Positions 47,397 through 59,600 of a DNA stretch of 64,000 nt are shown here, one piece after another. Made by a program: the position numbers and the translations under genes. The stretch's first letter is position 1. Each line of letters starts with the position of its first letter. Below the pieces are notes generated by a model. The model was not told the DNA's origin and did no database searches. It saw only the letters and a list, made by a program, of their open reading frames with translations. This DNA is from Guillardia theta CCMP2712 (Eukaryota > Protista > Cryptophyta), in assembly GCF_000315625.1 (NCBI RefSeq), contig NW_005434634.1, positions 334,531 to 398,530 on the forward strand, in the 5' to 3' direction.

Positions 47397-49415
47397 TCAT
47401 CCAAGAACCGGCAGATCAGAGGGCTGTGCATTCAGCTCCTGGGATTTCCACAAGGCAACCTCTGCATTCCTCTTCCCCCGCACGTTGAAAAGGATCCAAG
47501 AACGCTGCGACTGTTTCTTTTGAACATCACACGGCCATAGATCGTCTTCGCTGCAAGTCTTTGGGAGGTGTCAGGAGATGCGTGGAAGGAAGAGAAAACG
47601 AGACCTTTGGGTTCCATGCTTCACCTTCGAAGACAGTGGGGAAGACGAGCTCGTCGTAACAGCCCGGCCAACCAGTCTAGCAAATGCGATCACTTTGACT
47701 TCAGGACTTACCGCAATGGGAAGAGGTCACCTGCATCGCGTTCCTGAGAGAGGAAACAATCCCAATGTGATTCAAGATGTTGAAGCGGTATCCAAGATTT
47801 CTCCGTTGCTGCAAATAACTGTACGATCATGGATTAGCTTGAGTCTTGCTTGCAAGGAGGGACACACTGTTGAGCTTGCTTGGTTTCGGCGCCGATCCAC
47901 TCAGACAGCAGATGGTCTGGCGGTCTCCTTGCCTGTCACTTCCTGTGAGACGAGCGACGGGAGGGAGAGCGAGTGACCTGGTGCTGCTCGAGGTAATTGG
48001 CAACTTCGGTAACGTCGGAGTCGTGCAGCAGGATCCCACAGAGACCATAGGAGACCCTGATCCCTGGAGAATCGTTACATACAACATGCATGGTCCCGAG
48101 GAGAGTGTACCGCTCCATCCTAGAGGCTTGTAGAGGCGTGCCTTACCCAAGACATACGCGACGGACCTGTAAGGATGGATTAGCTGGTGCACCGCGTTGG
48201 AGGGCTCACCAGAAGAAGTTGGGGCACAAGATGAAGTCGTCCTCCATGAACATGAAGTACCTGAGCATACGGATGTGAGAAATCAAAGGAGTTGAGAAGA
48301 TCCGAAGAAATGAGGCAGTGTGACGTATGAGAGTTGGGATGGACAAGTGATGATCGAGCGAGTTGTGCATTACGATGAAAGCCCGATGCTCTCTCTCATC
48401 ATTGCCACGACTGCTCGCGTCTGACGGCGAACCTGACATGGAAGGGAAAGAACCAAGTCAATGCCATGCCAGAACAACACCACCTCTGTCACCTTCGACC
48501 CTGGTATGTTGGCGTCCGACTCAGGGTTCTGGATATTGTCGGTAATCTGAATTCCTCGCTCTACAAATTTGAAGTATGGAGCGTATGGGCTCTTGTCCAC
48601 TTTCGCTTTCACTTGATCGAATACCTGAAGGCACAGACCGAACAAGTAAACTTCCACTAGAAACGATCCCACCAGTCGTTTACCTCGTGCTTTCCGGGCT
48701 GATTGTTCAAGACTACAACTTTCACCTGGAAACGAGTTACAAAGGGAAGAAGACAGAAGAAGCAGGGTATCACTTTCTTGTAGAGAGGATGATCAGAATC
48801 TGTCGGTAGCTGTGCCACGATCGCATCTACCGTCTCCTCCAGGTACCGAAGATTGTCCTTCCTTGGAACCGTCGGGATTCCCAGCGTCAGCCAACTCTTC
48901 TTGGCAGCGCCGGGATCCTCCGCAGCTGCTTTAGGCTCCAAACTCTGCTGGAGGGTCTTCTTGATCTGCTCGTTCTCCCTCTTGAGTTCGACCAGCTGCT
49001 CTTCCAGCCTCCTCGCCTGCTCCCTCGCCACTTCGGCGTCACTCTCCTTGTCCGAGGCCTTCATGTGGAGCCTTGCGCTCTCTACAGCATGAGAGACTGA
49101 GTCCAGCCCCGATATCACTCCCGACACAGACGCGTTCATCCTCGACATCTCTGTCAGGAGGAGCTTGTTCTTCTCCACGGCTCTCCGAGTCCTCGCTCGC
49201 TCCTCCATCAGCTCTTTCTCGTGCGTTTCCTCCGCAGCCTGCAAGACCCAACCAGCGCGCCATAGACAGATCAACCCAATGATGAGACCCACACCAATCC
49301 CCTCTCTCATCCTCCTCAACTTGAATCCCCCTCCCCCTCCCCCCCCTCCTCCTCCTCCTCCTCCTCCTCCTCCGCCGACGCCGCCGACTGCTCTTCCCGA
49401 CAACCTCCCCACCAT
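47397..49415 (-). CDS. Type II membrane GT54/MGAT4-like N-acetylglucosaminyltransferase
   Basis: Short TM anchor and coiled-coil stem, then LTLGIPTVPR...YLEETV, YFMFMEDDFILC (ExD) and NHIGIVSSL. Confidence 0.75.
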
Positions 49416-50150
49416 GACACGGCACCTAGATACCCCTACCCCACAGTTTTGAACAAATACATGGCTGAATACCCCATCTTTACGGATCTGATTCACCCCA
49501 CCCCTGGAGGCGAACAATTACCGTACCCCCGTATTTTCTGCCTGAATCCCCGCCATGCCCGGAGAGGGAGCTGGGGAAGGGTGTTGGAGGTGTAGGAGAC
49601 CGCAAGAGGAGCAGTTGAGGAGAGCAACGAGAGGACGATGGAGCAGGAGAGGAGGAGAGAGATGGAGAATGAGAGACGAGGATGACGAAGGAGATGACGT
49701 AGTCATGGGAGGGAGTGAGGAGGCGAGTCGTTGATGCGGATGAGGAGGTGTAGGGCGAGCAGGGCGCATTGTAAGCCAGTCCGAGGTACTCAAGGAGGTG
49801 AGAGGAGATGAACAAGGACTCATGCAGGGATACTACCACAAGGAGGGTCGAAAAGAGAATAGAAGCTGTAAATTCTGGACACGATTGTTTTCCTTGTTCA
49901 TGAGTGCATGACAAATTGCCTCGACCGATGCTTGTCCCTGACCCAGTTCGATAGACAGTGTTGAGTTCCTGATCGAGTCTATTAGCAAGTAGGGTGCAGA
50001 ATGTTGACTTTGAGCGTGCTGCTTTTGGTTTCAACTTTGCCTCCTGTCTCTCCTGCTTTCAACCTGCTGACACAGAAATATGACAGATCTGCGAAACGAC
50101 TGCAAACCTCACGAGTTGAAGATCAGCTCCCGTAGCATTCCGATAGGATC

Positions 50151-50528
50151 ATGGAGTACAGCACTCCTGACAGCAAGAGGGAGCGTTCGAGCGGAAGTCT
50201 CGAGCACACGCCCACCGATCCTTCCCTACTGGTCGAGAGGCTGCAGCTGTTGAAAAGTAGGCTTGCAAAGATGACCAAGACGCTAGAAGCCAGCGTCTCC
50301 TCTGCTTCTCCCATCAGGAGCTCAGACAGTGAGGACATCGTGTACTCCACACCGAAACTAGTCCAGCAACTGCTTGAAAGTCAGTTGGATGCTGAACCTT
50401 CGCGCTTCCTCAACCCCGGCGAAACCCCGGGGGAGGATGACCATGTCACTGAGATTCGGTTTACCTTGGCCACAAGCAGCGAAGAGGATGCAGAAAATCT
50501 CGTAAAGCTCCTTGCTTCATCGAACTAA
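50151..50528 (+). CDS. Small hypothetical protein
   Basis: 125-aa ATG-started ORF with coding-like composition; no motif. Confidence 0.4.
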   Translation: MEYSTPDSKRERSSGSLEHTPTDPSLLVERLQLLKSRLAKMTKTLEASVSSASPIRSSDSEDIVYSTPKLVQQLLESQLDAEPSRFLNPGETPGEDDHVTEIRFTLATSSEEDAENLVKLLASSN

Positions 50529-50617
50529 CGACAATCTTGCTTATGAGGATAATAGCAATAAATGAACATTTCTGTACGTTGCCTTTACTGTGCCAATCAA
50601 GAAATTCGATGAATTCG

Positions 50618-51789
50618 TTACGTGAACTTGGATTGCCACTGCAGAGACTTTTCGTGATCTTGGGAGAGAAGACCCATGGGATCTCCGTCTTCGAGCGGCT
50701 GCTGCCACTCGTATCCTTCCTTCTCCTTCTCGATGTCCTTGAACGACTGCATTGCACATTCAGCAACTAGCGCCCTCTTCGCGCCATCGCACGTTACCTT
50801 GTTGCACTCGGCAGTGTGCACTGGTGCCATCTTGGACACGTTGCCGCAGATAGCTGCGATGGCAGCAAGCTCATCAGCCTTCAGGGCGCGGAGGCCTGCA
50901 GAAGTGAAGATCTTGTCCCGAGTCAGTCACAATCTCCGTTGTTGTCAGGTGTGTCAGCAGTCCTACCTGGCCAGCAGGGACGACAGTGGATGCAGGGACC
51001 ACCGCTCCTGGGCCTACAGCAGCACCGTCTTCCACAACAACAGAGTCTTCAAGCACCGCGCTCGCTCCGACCATGCAGCCGCTGCCAATCTTGGCTGCCC
51101 GGATGACTGCGCCGGCTCCAACAGTCACGTTGTCCCCGATGGCGATCTCGCCCGAAGTAGGGTTCAAGACCGCACGTTCCATCACGTTGCAGTTGTTGCC
51201 GATTGAGATGTTCGATCGATCTCCTCTCACTACTGCACTGTACCATACGTTGCTGTTTGTACCAAGGGTTACTTTGCCTATGACGCTAGCGGTTGGTGCG
51301 ACAAAGCAGCCCTCCTTGATCTTCGGGGCATCGCTGAAGATACGCATGACATTGCGATGGCAAGACACTGAAATCGAAAGTCAGAAACATGTACATGAAC
51401 CATCTGGGGCCATTCCGCCTGATAAACAACAAGGTACAAAAACCATATGACTGAGAACAGTTCGCTCAGATACACACGCTTGACTTATCAAGTCTGGCAA
51501 CCAAATATATGAAACAGGTTCTTTCTTATTTCTCTGGCTACTAAATCTGCCCTTCAACAAACATCGCAATTTCTACCATAACATCTAATCTAGAGGCACT
51601 GTTCTTTAACAGGCAACTACTGAATTTGACGAGGTGAGGCTAGCGCTGGAGCAAGGAGGAGGAGAACATTGAAACAAACTTTCGCTACTCACATGGTTCC
51701 TTGTAGGTGAGATCTCCGAGCATGCGGCATGCCAGTCGCTCCAGCGCCACCCCGGTCTCGCGCAGCGCCTGTCCAGCCGCCCACGCCAT
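50618..51789 (-). CDS. Gamma carbonic anhydrase-like (mitochondrial complex I CA-module subunit type)
   Basis: GQALRETGVALERLACR N-terminus, FVAPTASVIGKV...VWYSAVVRGD, and hexapeptide repeats. Confidence 0.9.
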
Positions 51790-52274
51790 GCCGCCGAGGA
51801 TAGAGATAGGGTGGTGGGGAAGGGACTGCAGGATTTAGGGGTAGGGGTGTGGTTGTTGTAATGGGATAGGGTAGGGTATTGCCAATTCGAGGGTTCAAAA
51901 TACAGACAGGGGTGCAGTATACATGAGGGTAGACGAGTAAAGAACCCTGGGTGGGTACAATAATACAGCATTGAAGGGTAGTCAGATGTTTGGGTGGGTG
52001 AGTCTCTGATGGTGAGGGGTGGGGTATCGGAGGCTACAATTGAACGATAAAGTTTGGGAAAGGGTTGTAGCAATGGGGTAGGGGTACGCATGGTACCACC
52101 CATCAATTTTAATCACAACGTAGGGGTAGAATGTTACTGAAAATACAACAGGGGTAGGGGTAGAAAGAGAATTAAGATACCCCCTGAATGTAAGGTCCAA
52201 GTAGGGGTGATATGAACCCCATTCCTTGTTGTGTAGGGGTAGGTGGGTGGGGGTCTTTTAGGGGATCGCGTGCC

Positions 52275-55175
52275 ATGACAAGGCCGGTGGTCACAAGGTT
52301 CGCGCCATCGCCGACAGGTGAAAAGATGCGAAGATGAGGAGAGGAGAGGAGGAGGAGAGAGACAGTTGCGAAGATGCGAAGATGTTGAGAAGAGGACAAG
52401 ATGAGAAGGGAGTGAGACGAGTAGAAGATTAGGAGAAGCGATTCGAAAGGCGGCGCGAAGAAAGAGGATGGTTGGTGGCGCTAGGATTCGGTGCAGATTT
52501 TAAGAATGTCCAGCATGATTCTGCGGATTCTGTTGTGATAGGGTTGTTCCCCATCAGCATCACCTAGGAGATGTCTGATGGATCGATAGAAGGGGCGAGG
52601 CAGCAGCGATGGCACGTGCGAGCGGTGACGGTGCATTGCAGGCTATCTGCACATCGGTGGTGGCAGAACAGCATTGTTCAATTATCTGTTCGCAAAACAC
52701 TTTGGAGGAAGATTCCTGCTGCGCATTGAGGACACGGACGCAGAGAGGCATGATGAGGGCGCAGTCAACGCGATCATTCAAGGAATGGACTGGTTGGGGT
52801 GCAAGCACGATGGAGACATCATTCGTCAGAGCACACGCAAGGCCAGGCACAAGGAGGTGGCTGAGTCGATGATACAGAATGGGAGAGCATACAAGTGTTA
52901 CTGCTCTAAAGAGGAACTCGATGCCCTCAGAGCAGAAGCTGAGGCGAAGAAGGAGCCGTTTCGATACCCCGGGACTTACAGACCGGAAAACCTTCCTCCT
53001 GACTTCAAGCCTCCAGAGGGGGTTGAGCCCGTCGTCAGGATTCGTACGGACGAGGACGGGACGACGGGATGGGACGATCTCGTGCAGGGTCGGATAGACT
53101 TCCCGAACAAGGACGTGGACGATTTCATCATCCTGCGTGCAGACGGGAGCCCTACCTACCTCCTGGCGGTTGTGGTGGACGACCATGACATGGAGATCTC
53201 GCACGTGATCCGAGGGTCCGATCACATCTCCAACACTCCTCGTCAGCTGCAGATCTACAAGGCTTGCGGTTGGGAGCCTCCTCAGTTCGGTCACATCCCC
53301 CTCATCCATGGCCCCGACGGCCAGAAGCTTTCCAAGCGTCATGGGGCCACGGGAGTGGAGCAGTACGAGGCGCTCGGGTACCTCCCTGAGGCCATGAGGA
53401 ACTACCTTGCTAGGCTGAGCTGGTCGCACGGGAACGACGAGATCTTCACGACGGAGCAAGCGATCGAGTGGTTCACGCTGGATGGTTGCTCCAAGAGCCC
53501 CTCTTGCTTCGACTTTGACAAGCTCAACGATCTCAACGCACACTACATCAAGGAGTGCGACAAGAAGCGGCTGCTCGACATCGCCTGCAAGCTTTACCCC
53601 GAGCTCGTGCCGTTTGCGGAGAAGCTGGACATGGCGGTTGACATGTTGAAGCCCCGCGCCAAGACGATCAAGGAATACCGCGAGGCCGCTTCCTTCATCT
53701 GGTCTCCTCGCCCGCTCGAGATGGAGGAGAAGGCAGCTAAGAACGTCAACTCGGACGCTGCGAAGCAGGTGTGCGGATGACGTGGTGGCTGTTGTTGCTC
53801 TGACTGACTTGTCTGGACCAGCTGTTGAAGGATGTGATCGATGCTATCAAGGAGTACAAGGCGGAATGGAACGCAGCAGAGCTCGAGACTATGCTTGTTG
53901 CCTTTACTCAGGCAAAGAATCTCAAGCTCGGACAGGTCGCACAGCCCCTTCGCTCCTGCCTGACAGGATCGACGGCGTCCCCGGGCATCTACGAAGTGAT
54001 GTGGGTGATCGGGAAGGAGGAGTGCATCGGTAGGATCGAGGATGCCCTCGCAGGAAAGAACAGCGTCAAGGCAGCCCCTGTCAGCGCCCCTGCGGCTCCT
54101 AAGGAGGAGAAGAAGGAGAAGAAGGGAGGAGCCGCTCCGGCTCCTGCTGCCGATCAGCCAGAGTTCACCAAGCTCGAGATCAAAGTCGGTCTGCTGACCA
54201 AGACATGGCCTCATCCTGACTCTGACAAGCTGTTCTGCGAAGAAATCGACGTCGGAGAGGTAAGGGCGGGAGGATAGACGCCGTGAAGGAGTTGGAGGGA
54301 GGAGGGAAGGAATAGAGGGAAGCAGAGGGAACTGATGGAAGGAATGCAGAAAGAGCCAAGAAGTGTGGCCTCTGGCTTGCGTGCCTTCTACTCCGAGGCA
54401 GAGTTCTGTGCTGGGCGCAAAGTTCTTGTTGTCACGAACCTCAAGCCAGCGAAGATGGTCGCTCAGCTCTAGATCGAATCGCTCTGACCTCCTCACCAGG
54501 CTGGTTTCGAATCTGCGGGGATGGTGCTCGCAGCCTCCAACGATGATCACAGCAAGGTGGAGCTGCTTGAGGTCCCTGAGGGAGCCCAGGTAAAAGAGGA
54601 CGAGGAGCGAGGGGAGCAGACAATGGAGAGGAGCAGGAGACGGTGGAGCAATTGGGGGGAGACAGACAGAGGAGGGAAGGAGGGTAGGGCAAGCCAAGTG
54701 ACAAGGTATGCAGGTTGGCGAGAGAGTGTTCATCGAGGGCCTGACCGGGGAGCCATTCCAACCGAATCAGGTAGAGGAGGATTGAGGAAGTGAGGTCAAG
54801 AGCTGAGAGGCAGCGAAGGTGAACAAGAAGAACGTTCTCAAGAACGTCCTTCCAGATCTCAAGATGAACGCCGACAAGAAGCTGTGCTGGCAGGTTGCCT
54901 CTCTCTCCTTCTCCCCGTCTCCTCCCTCTCCATCCTCCACTGTTCCCATCCCTTTCTCCTGCTATCTCTTCCATACCCTTTTCCACCTGGGTTCCCAACT
55001 TTTCTACAACCTCCCTCCTTTCTCTCTCCCTACTCCCTTCTTGCATCTGCTCGCGCACTGCCCCACCGCAGCCTGTCCTTCCTTCGTACGTCTGAGGCTT
55101 CTGCAGGACAAGATTGTGCTCACATCGGCTGGTCCCATCACGGTCCCCACGATGGCAAACTGCCCTGTGGGATGA
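52275..55175 (+). CDS. gltX: Bacterial-type glutamate-tRNA ligase fused to C-terminal EMAP-II/Trbp111-like tRNA-binding OB domain
   Basis: TRFAPSPTG|YLHIGG (HIGH-like), LRIEDTD, VVDDHDM.ISHVIRG.DH and KLSKRHG. A linker is followed by LEIKVG...HPDSDKLFCEEIDVGE.EPRSVASGL...NLKPAKMAGFESAGMVL. Confidence 0.93.
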
Positions 55176-55281
55176 GCAGGACAGAATATGAAGAGGAGGA
55201 GGAGGAGGAGGAGGAGGAGGAGGAGGAGAGTGGTTGCGGGGGAAGCTAGGAGAGGGTCGGCTCATAAAGCTTTCAACCAAC

Positions 55282-56337
55282 TCATGTGAAACCCATGAGC
55301 GTAAGGATGTTTTGCGTGCTCGACAGGTCCTCCACAACCTCATCCTCTTGTCACGAACTACAATCGCCTCCTCCTCGTCCCTCACCTTGCATGAAGGAGC
55401 TGCCTGCGACAGCTCTTCCGCTCCGAAGGTCCCCGTGAGCACTCCTATCGCTTCCGCTCCTCCCAGCTCAGCAGCTCTGACCTGCATGACACTCAGCCGT
55501 CCTCTCTGCCATGTCATCCTCTGCCATTCCATCCTATTCTACTATCTCCTCCTCTGCCATCCCATCCTATTCTTCCACATCCTACTCTTCCATTATGTCC
55601 TTCCCTACTTCTTGCCTTATTCCCTCTCCGTCCCTTCCCCCTCCACGCACATCAGCTGGAGCATCGCCGATATGGAAGCGCCGCACGATTGGGACGTCGG
55701 GCTTCATCTCCCTCCTCCTCTTGCACGCAATCTTCACGAGCTCTCCCCGATCGAAGGCAGGATCTTCAACGCTGAGCGAGCAGAAGTCGCTGCCGAAGCC
55801 GCCGAAGTGAGGTTGGCTGAACAGATGCTCTACCCCCAGCCTCCTCATCTTCCCCCAAGCAATCTCCTCTAAGTTTCCTGTCACCAGCCCTACACACACG
55901 TCCTCCCTCCCTTTCAGCGCCTCCAAGAGCTCACGCACTCCCGGCAGCAGCTCCATCCCCTCCGCTGCCTCCTCCTCATGCTCACGAGCGAACTCGACCA
56001 TGGCCTCCTTCATGGCGGGGAGCTTGTCGATAACCAGCTGCTTGTCGTATCCTCTTGCCAGGAGCACCTTCATGAGGATGAGAGGGTCTGTGCAGCCATG
56101 GTGCGCCACCTCGTCGATGCTGGCGTCGATGCTGAAGCACTTGCTGAAGGCATGCGAGAAGCTCCGAAGGTGGAGGGGGGGACGTGCCTCCCCTTCCCTC
56201 TTCATGCGGCAGATCGTCCCGTCAATGTCGAAGGTCACCAGCGTGATGCCCGCCATGCTCCTCGTGCCTGCCAGCCCCGCGGCGGTGTGGAGGAGGGGGA
56301 GGAGGAGGCAGAGGGGGTGGCGCCAGGTGGGGCGCAT
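55282..56337 (-). CDS. HAD-superfamily hydrolase (phosphoglycolate-phosphatase-like) with hydrophobic leader
   Basis: Motif I VTFDIDGT, motif II LVTGN, motif IV HIGDAPAD; leader MRPTWRHPLCLLLPLLHTAAG. Confidence 0.88.
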
Positions 56338-56454
56338 TCGGGGGTGCCAGGGAAAGGCAGCAGGTGTAGAGAATCGGGCTGATGCTGCAGCGGGGGAGGC
56401 AGGGGAGCAGGGTGGGGACAACAAGAGCAGTTGTGCTAGAGGGAAGGAGCAGGA

Positions 56455-56624
56455 GGGAGAGAGGAGAGGAGAGAGGAGAGGAGTGAGGAGAGGAGAGGAG
56501 AGGAGAGGAGAGGAGTGAGGAGAGGAGAGGAGAGAGGAGAGGAGTGAGGAGAGGAGAGGAGAGGAGAGGAGAGGAGTGAGGAGAGGAGAGGAGTGAGGAG
56601 AGGAGAGAGGAGAGGAGAGGAGGA
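56455..56624. repeat. (GAGGA)n purine tract with periodic GTGA variants
   Basis: Seen directly; intergenic between the HAD and BEACH genes. Confidence 0.9.
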
Positions 56625-56679
56625 AAACGAGGTGAAGGAGAGACAGAGAGCGGAGGGTTCACAGTGAGTAATGGTTTAT

Positions 56680-59600
56680 TTACATGGATGAAGCCTGATC
56701 GTGGAGCATTGAGCGGCCTATGAGCTGGACTTCGTCTCTGAGCCATGTCGCCGGCAGCCCCGACACTCTCTCGCACATGTGCCGCTCCACCGCCGTCCAG
56801 AACTCGGAGAAGCTGCCCGACGACTGCGACACGAGCTCCTGCCACTGCCGCAGCTCCTGGGCAGGGGAGGCCAGGGAGGACAGCACCGTCCTCGCCTTGT
56901 TGAGGTAGCCGAGCTTCTCCAGCGCCATGAAAATTCCTCTTCCTCCTCCCTTCTTCTTCCCGTCGCCCCCCTCCCTCTCCAGTGACTCTGCGCAGCGCAG
57001 CAGCTCCAGCGCCGCCTGCCGGCTCATCTCCCGCTTCCTCCCGCTCCTCGGCTTGCCGCACGCCAGCGCCAGCCCCTCGTCGAACGCTGCGACGCACACG
57101 ATCTGCTCCAGCACTTCTGCCACCCCCCGAGCGATCGCCGCGTTCTCGTTGACCTTCCACATCCTCGACCTCCCCTCCGCGTCCCTGCTGTATAGCTCCT
57201 TGCACCCGCTAGAGAAGGACAGCGCCACGATGCTGCTGCTGCCTGCGGCGAGCGTCCAGCAAGGGGTCCAGCTGTATCGCTCCTTGGCTGCCTCTGAGGC
57301 GGAGGAGGACGCGAGCTTCAAGATCCAGAACCGTATGGACCCGTCGGCATGGCCCGTCACAAGGCTGCTGTCGGGCAGCCAGAGCGAGTCCGTCCTGGTG
57401 GCACATGAAGTGACCCTCACGCGGAAGCCTTGCAGCCGCTTCCTCCTGCTCGAGGCGAGCCTCTCCCCGTTCATCGTCCACGCCTCCAGGATCGACTCGC
57501 CGCACACGTAGACGTTCCCGTTCTCCTCGTCGATGCACGCGCACACCACCGACGCTCGAGCGGGGTTGTGGAGGGAGCGCAAGAAGGTGCAGCGAGCGAG
57601 GTCCCAGAGGAAGACGCTGCCATCCTGTCCTCCTGAGACAGCGATGCCGTGATTGCGGGAGAGGAACAGGCAGCTGACGGCACTGCGATGAGCGCTGCAT
57701 GCCTGCCGCCTCTTGTCGAGCTCCTTCATGGGGAGGCTCCACCAGCTGTCCTGGCTGATGTCCCACAGCCGCACACAGCCATCCTGCCCTCCGGTCGCCA
57801 TGATCGTCCCATCGCTCGTGAAAGCGACCGAGGACACGAAGCCGTCATGGAGGTTGAAAAGGACGGTTAGAACCTTCTTGGAGTCGTACAGGCAGATGTT
57901 GAGAGAGCCGGGAAAGGCGAGGCTGGGCACGAAGCAGTGCTCCGTGATGGGATGGAAAGCGATGAAACCATGGTCCTCGTTCTTCCAGCAGGCGTTCAGA
58001 TCGACCTTGCTCGCCTCCAGCAGCTCTGGGTTCAAGATCGCTGAGTATGGAGGTTCCACAACCTGCTTGGGAGGATGGGGACGTTGAAAGAGCTGCTTCG
58101 GTGACTGCCCGAAGTGGCTGATCTGGGCGACGACGGCCTGACGTTGACAGTCGTCTTGGATTTGAGCAACATCAATCGCTCCCTCGTAGGTGAGATAGTA
58201 GAAGACATTCACAGCCTCTACCGCGAACTTGCCGCGCTGTTTGAACCCAAAGATGAGGTCAACCCACTCGTGCAGATGAGCTGAGACGTAGCTGCTCTCC
58301 AGCGCTGCTCGCTGCATCCTGATGAACTCCATCGGGTCGCCGTTGGCCCATGGGGGTAGGATCACGCTCTCCACCGGCTGACCATCCTGGCGGCTGCCCA
58401 GCTGCAGGTTGTTGTTGTTGACGAGGAAGTCTGGGAGGTAGAAGAACTCAGGGCAGAGCTCCTTAACGTCGATCATGTTCTTGTTCCCCGCCGTGTCTTC
58501 CCACGTCTCTGCAACGCAATGGAACAGACGATCTGGGACGTCGAAGACTCCTCCCTGCAGAGCCAAGTGATAGCCCGTGAATGGCTGAATGCGCACCAGG
58601 TAATGAAGGATGTGGGCGGAGGTTGAGTAGTGGGTGCCGTAGTGGAAGGGAGGGACGTTGTTGTCCTCCTGGTCCCACTCCTCGTACCTCATCTCGAAGC
58701 TCCTCTGCCTCTCCGCATTCTGGCAGCCCATCGGCTTCGAGAGGTCGCGGAAGACCCGCGGGTCCGAGAGGTCAAGGGACTCGGACGTGTAGTCTGCCAG
58801 CACCCAAGGGAAGACAGGGTAGCGCGAAATGTCGTTCATGGTACGGCCAGCCAGGAAGTTCAACTCCATGAGGTACTCGAAGTTGGAGATGGCGCCCGAG
58901 CACCATCGCTTTACCAGCACCTTCCGCGCCTCAGCCAGCGACTTCTTCGATTCCACACTCCATGAGCACGTAGGAGAGGAGGCCCCGGTCACCAGCAAGG
59001 ACTTGGCCTCCACCGCTAAGTTGGAGGAGGAAGTCAAGAAATTCGTGATGTCATTCCTGCTCTGAACGTCTGGAAGCACGAAGAGCATGGAAGAGCCCCG
59101 GACATCCAAGATCTCCAAGGCCACCGGCTGCTGCAGCCACATCCTCTTCATTATCCTCCCAACCTGTCAGAAGATTCAGTTTTAATTCTGAATGTGATCT
59201 ATCTCAGTACCTGCTTGTCTGTCCACCTGTAAACTCCCACACCCACCTGATTGACGTGAGTGAAGCGAATGTTGTGCCCGCCTGGTGTCGCTTTCGCCTC
59301 GAGCTCTTCATCTTTGGCTGTCTTCTCAATCCCATCAAAAGCCGAGTCTTCGATGAAGTAAAGACTGCGAATCCTCCGATCTGCAGCGATCAATCCACTC
59401 TGACACAGGATGAAATGCCCTTCGTATTTCTCAAGGCCATCAACTTTCGACGCTTTCTGCACATGAACGATGGCATCTTCCGAGTCGAGGAATGCCAGGA
59501 ATCTCAGTTCACTCCTGTTCAAGTTCAAGAGCTGGGCTGACGACAGATCAGCTTGAGCTTCAGTTTCTTCAATGGACTCCATCTCTTCGCTGAGGCTCAG

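Noticed and set aside
52560-54733. Long antisense ORFs (327 and 379 aa) opposite GluRS; similar shadows opposite the NACHT and BEACH genes
   Set aside because: Typical antisense shadows of GC3-rich coding sequence.
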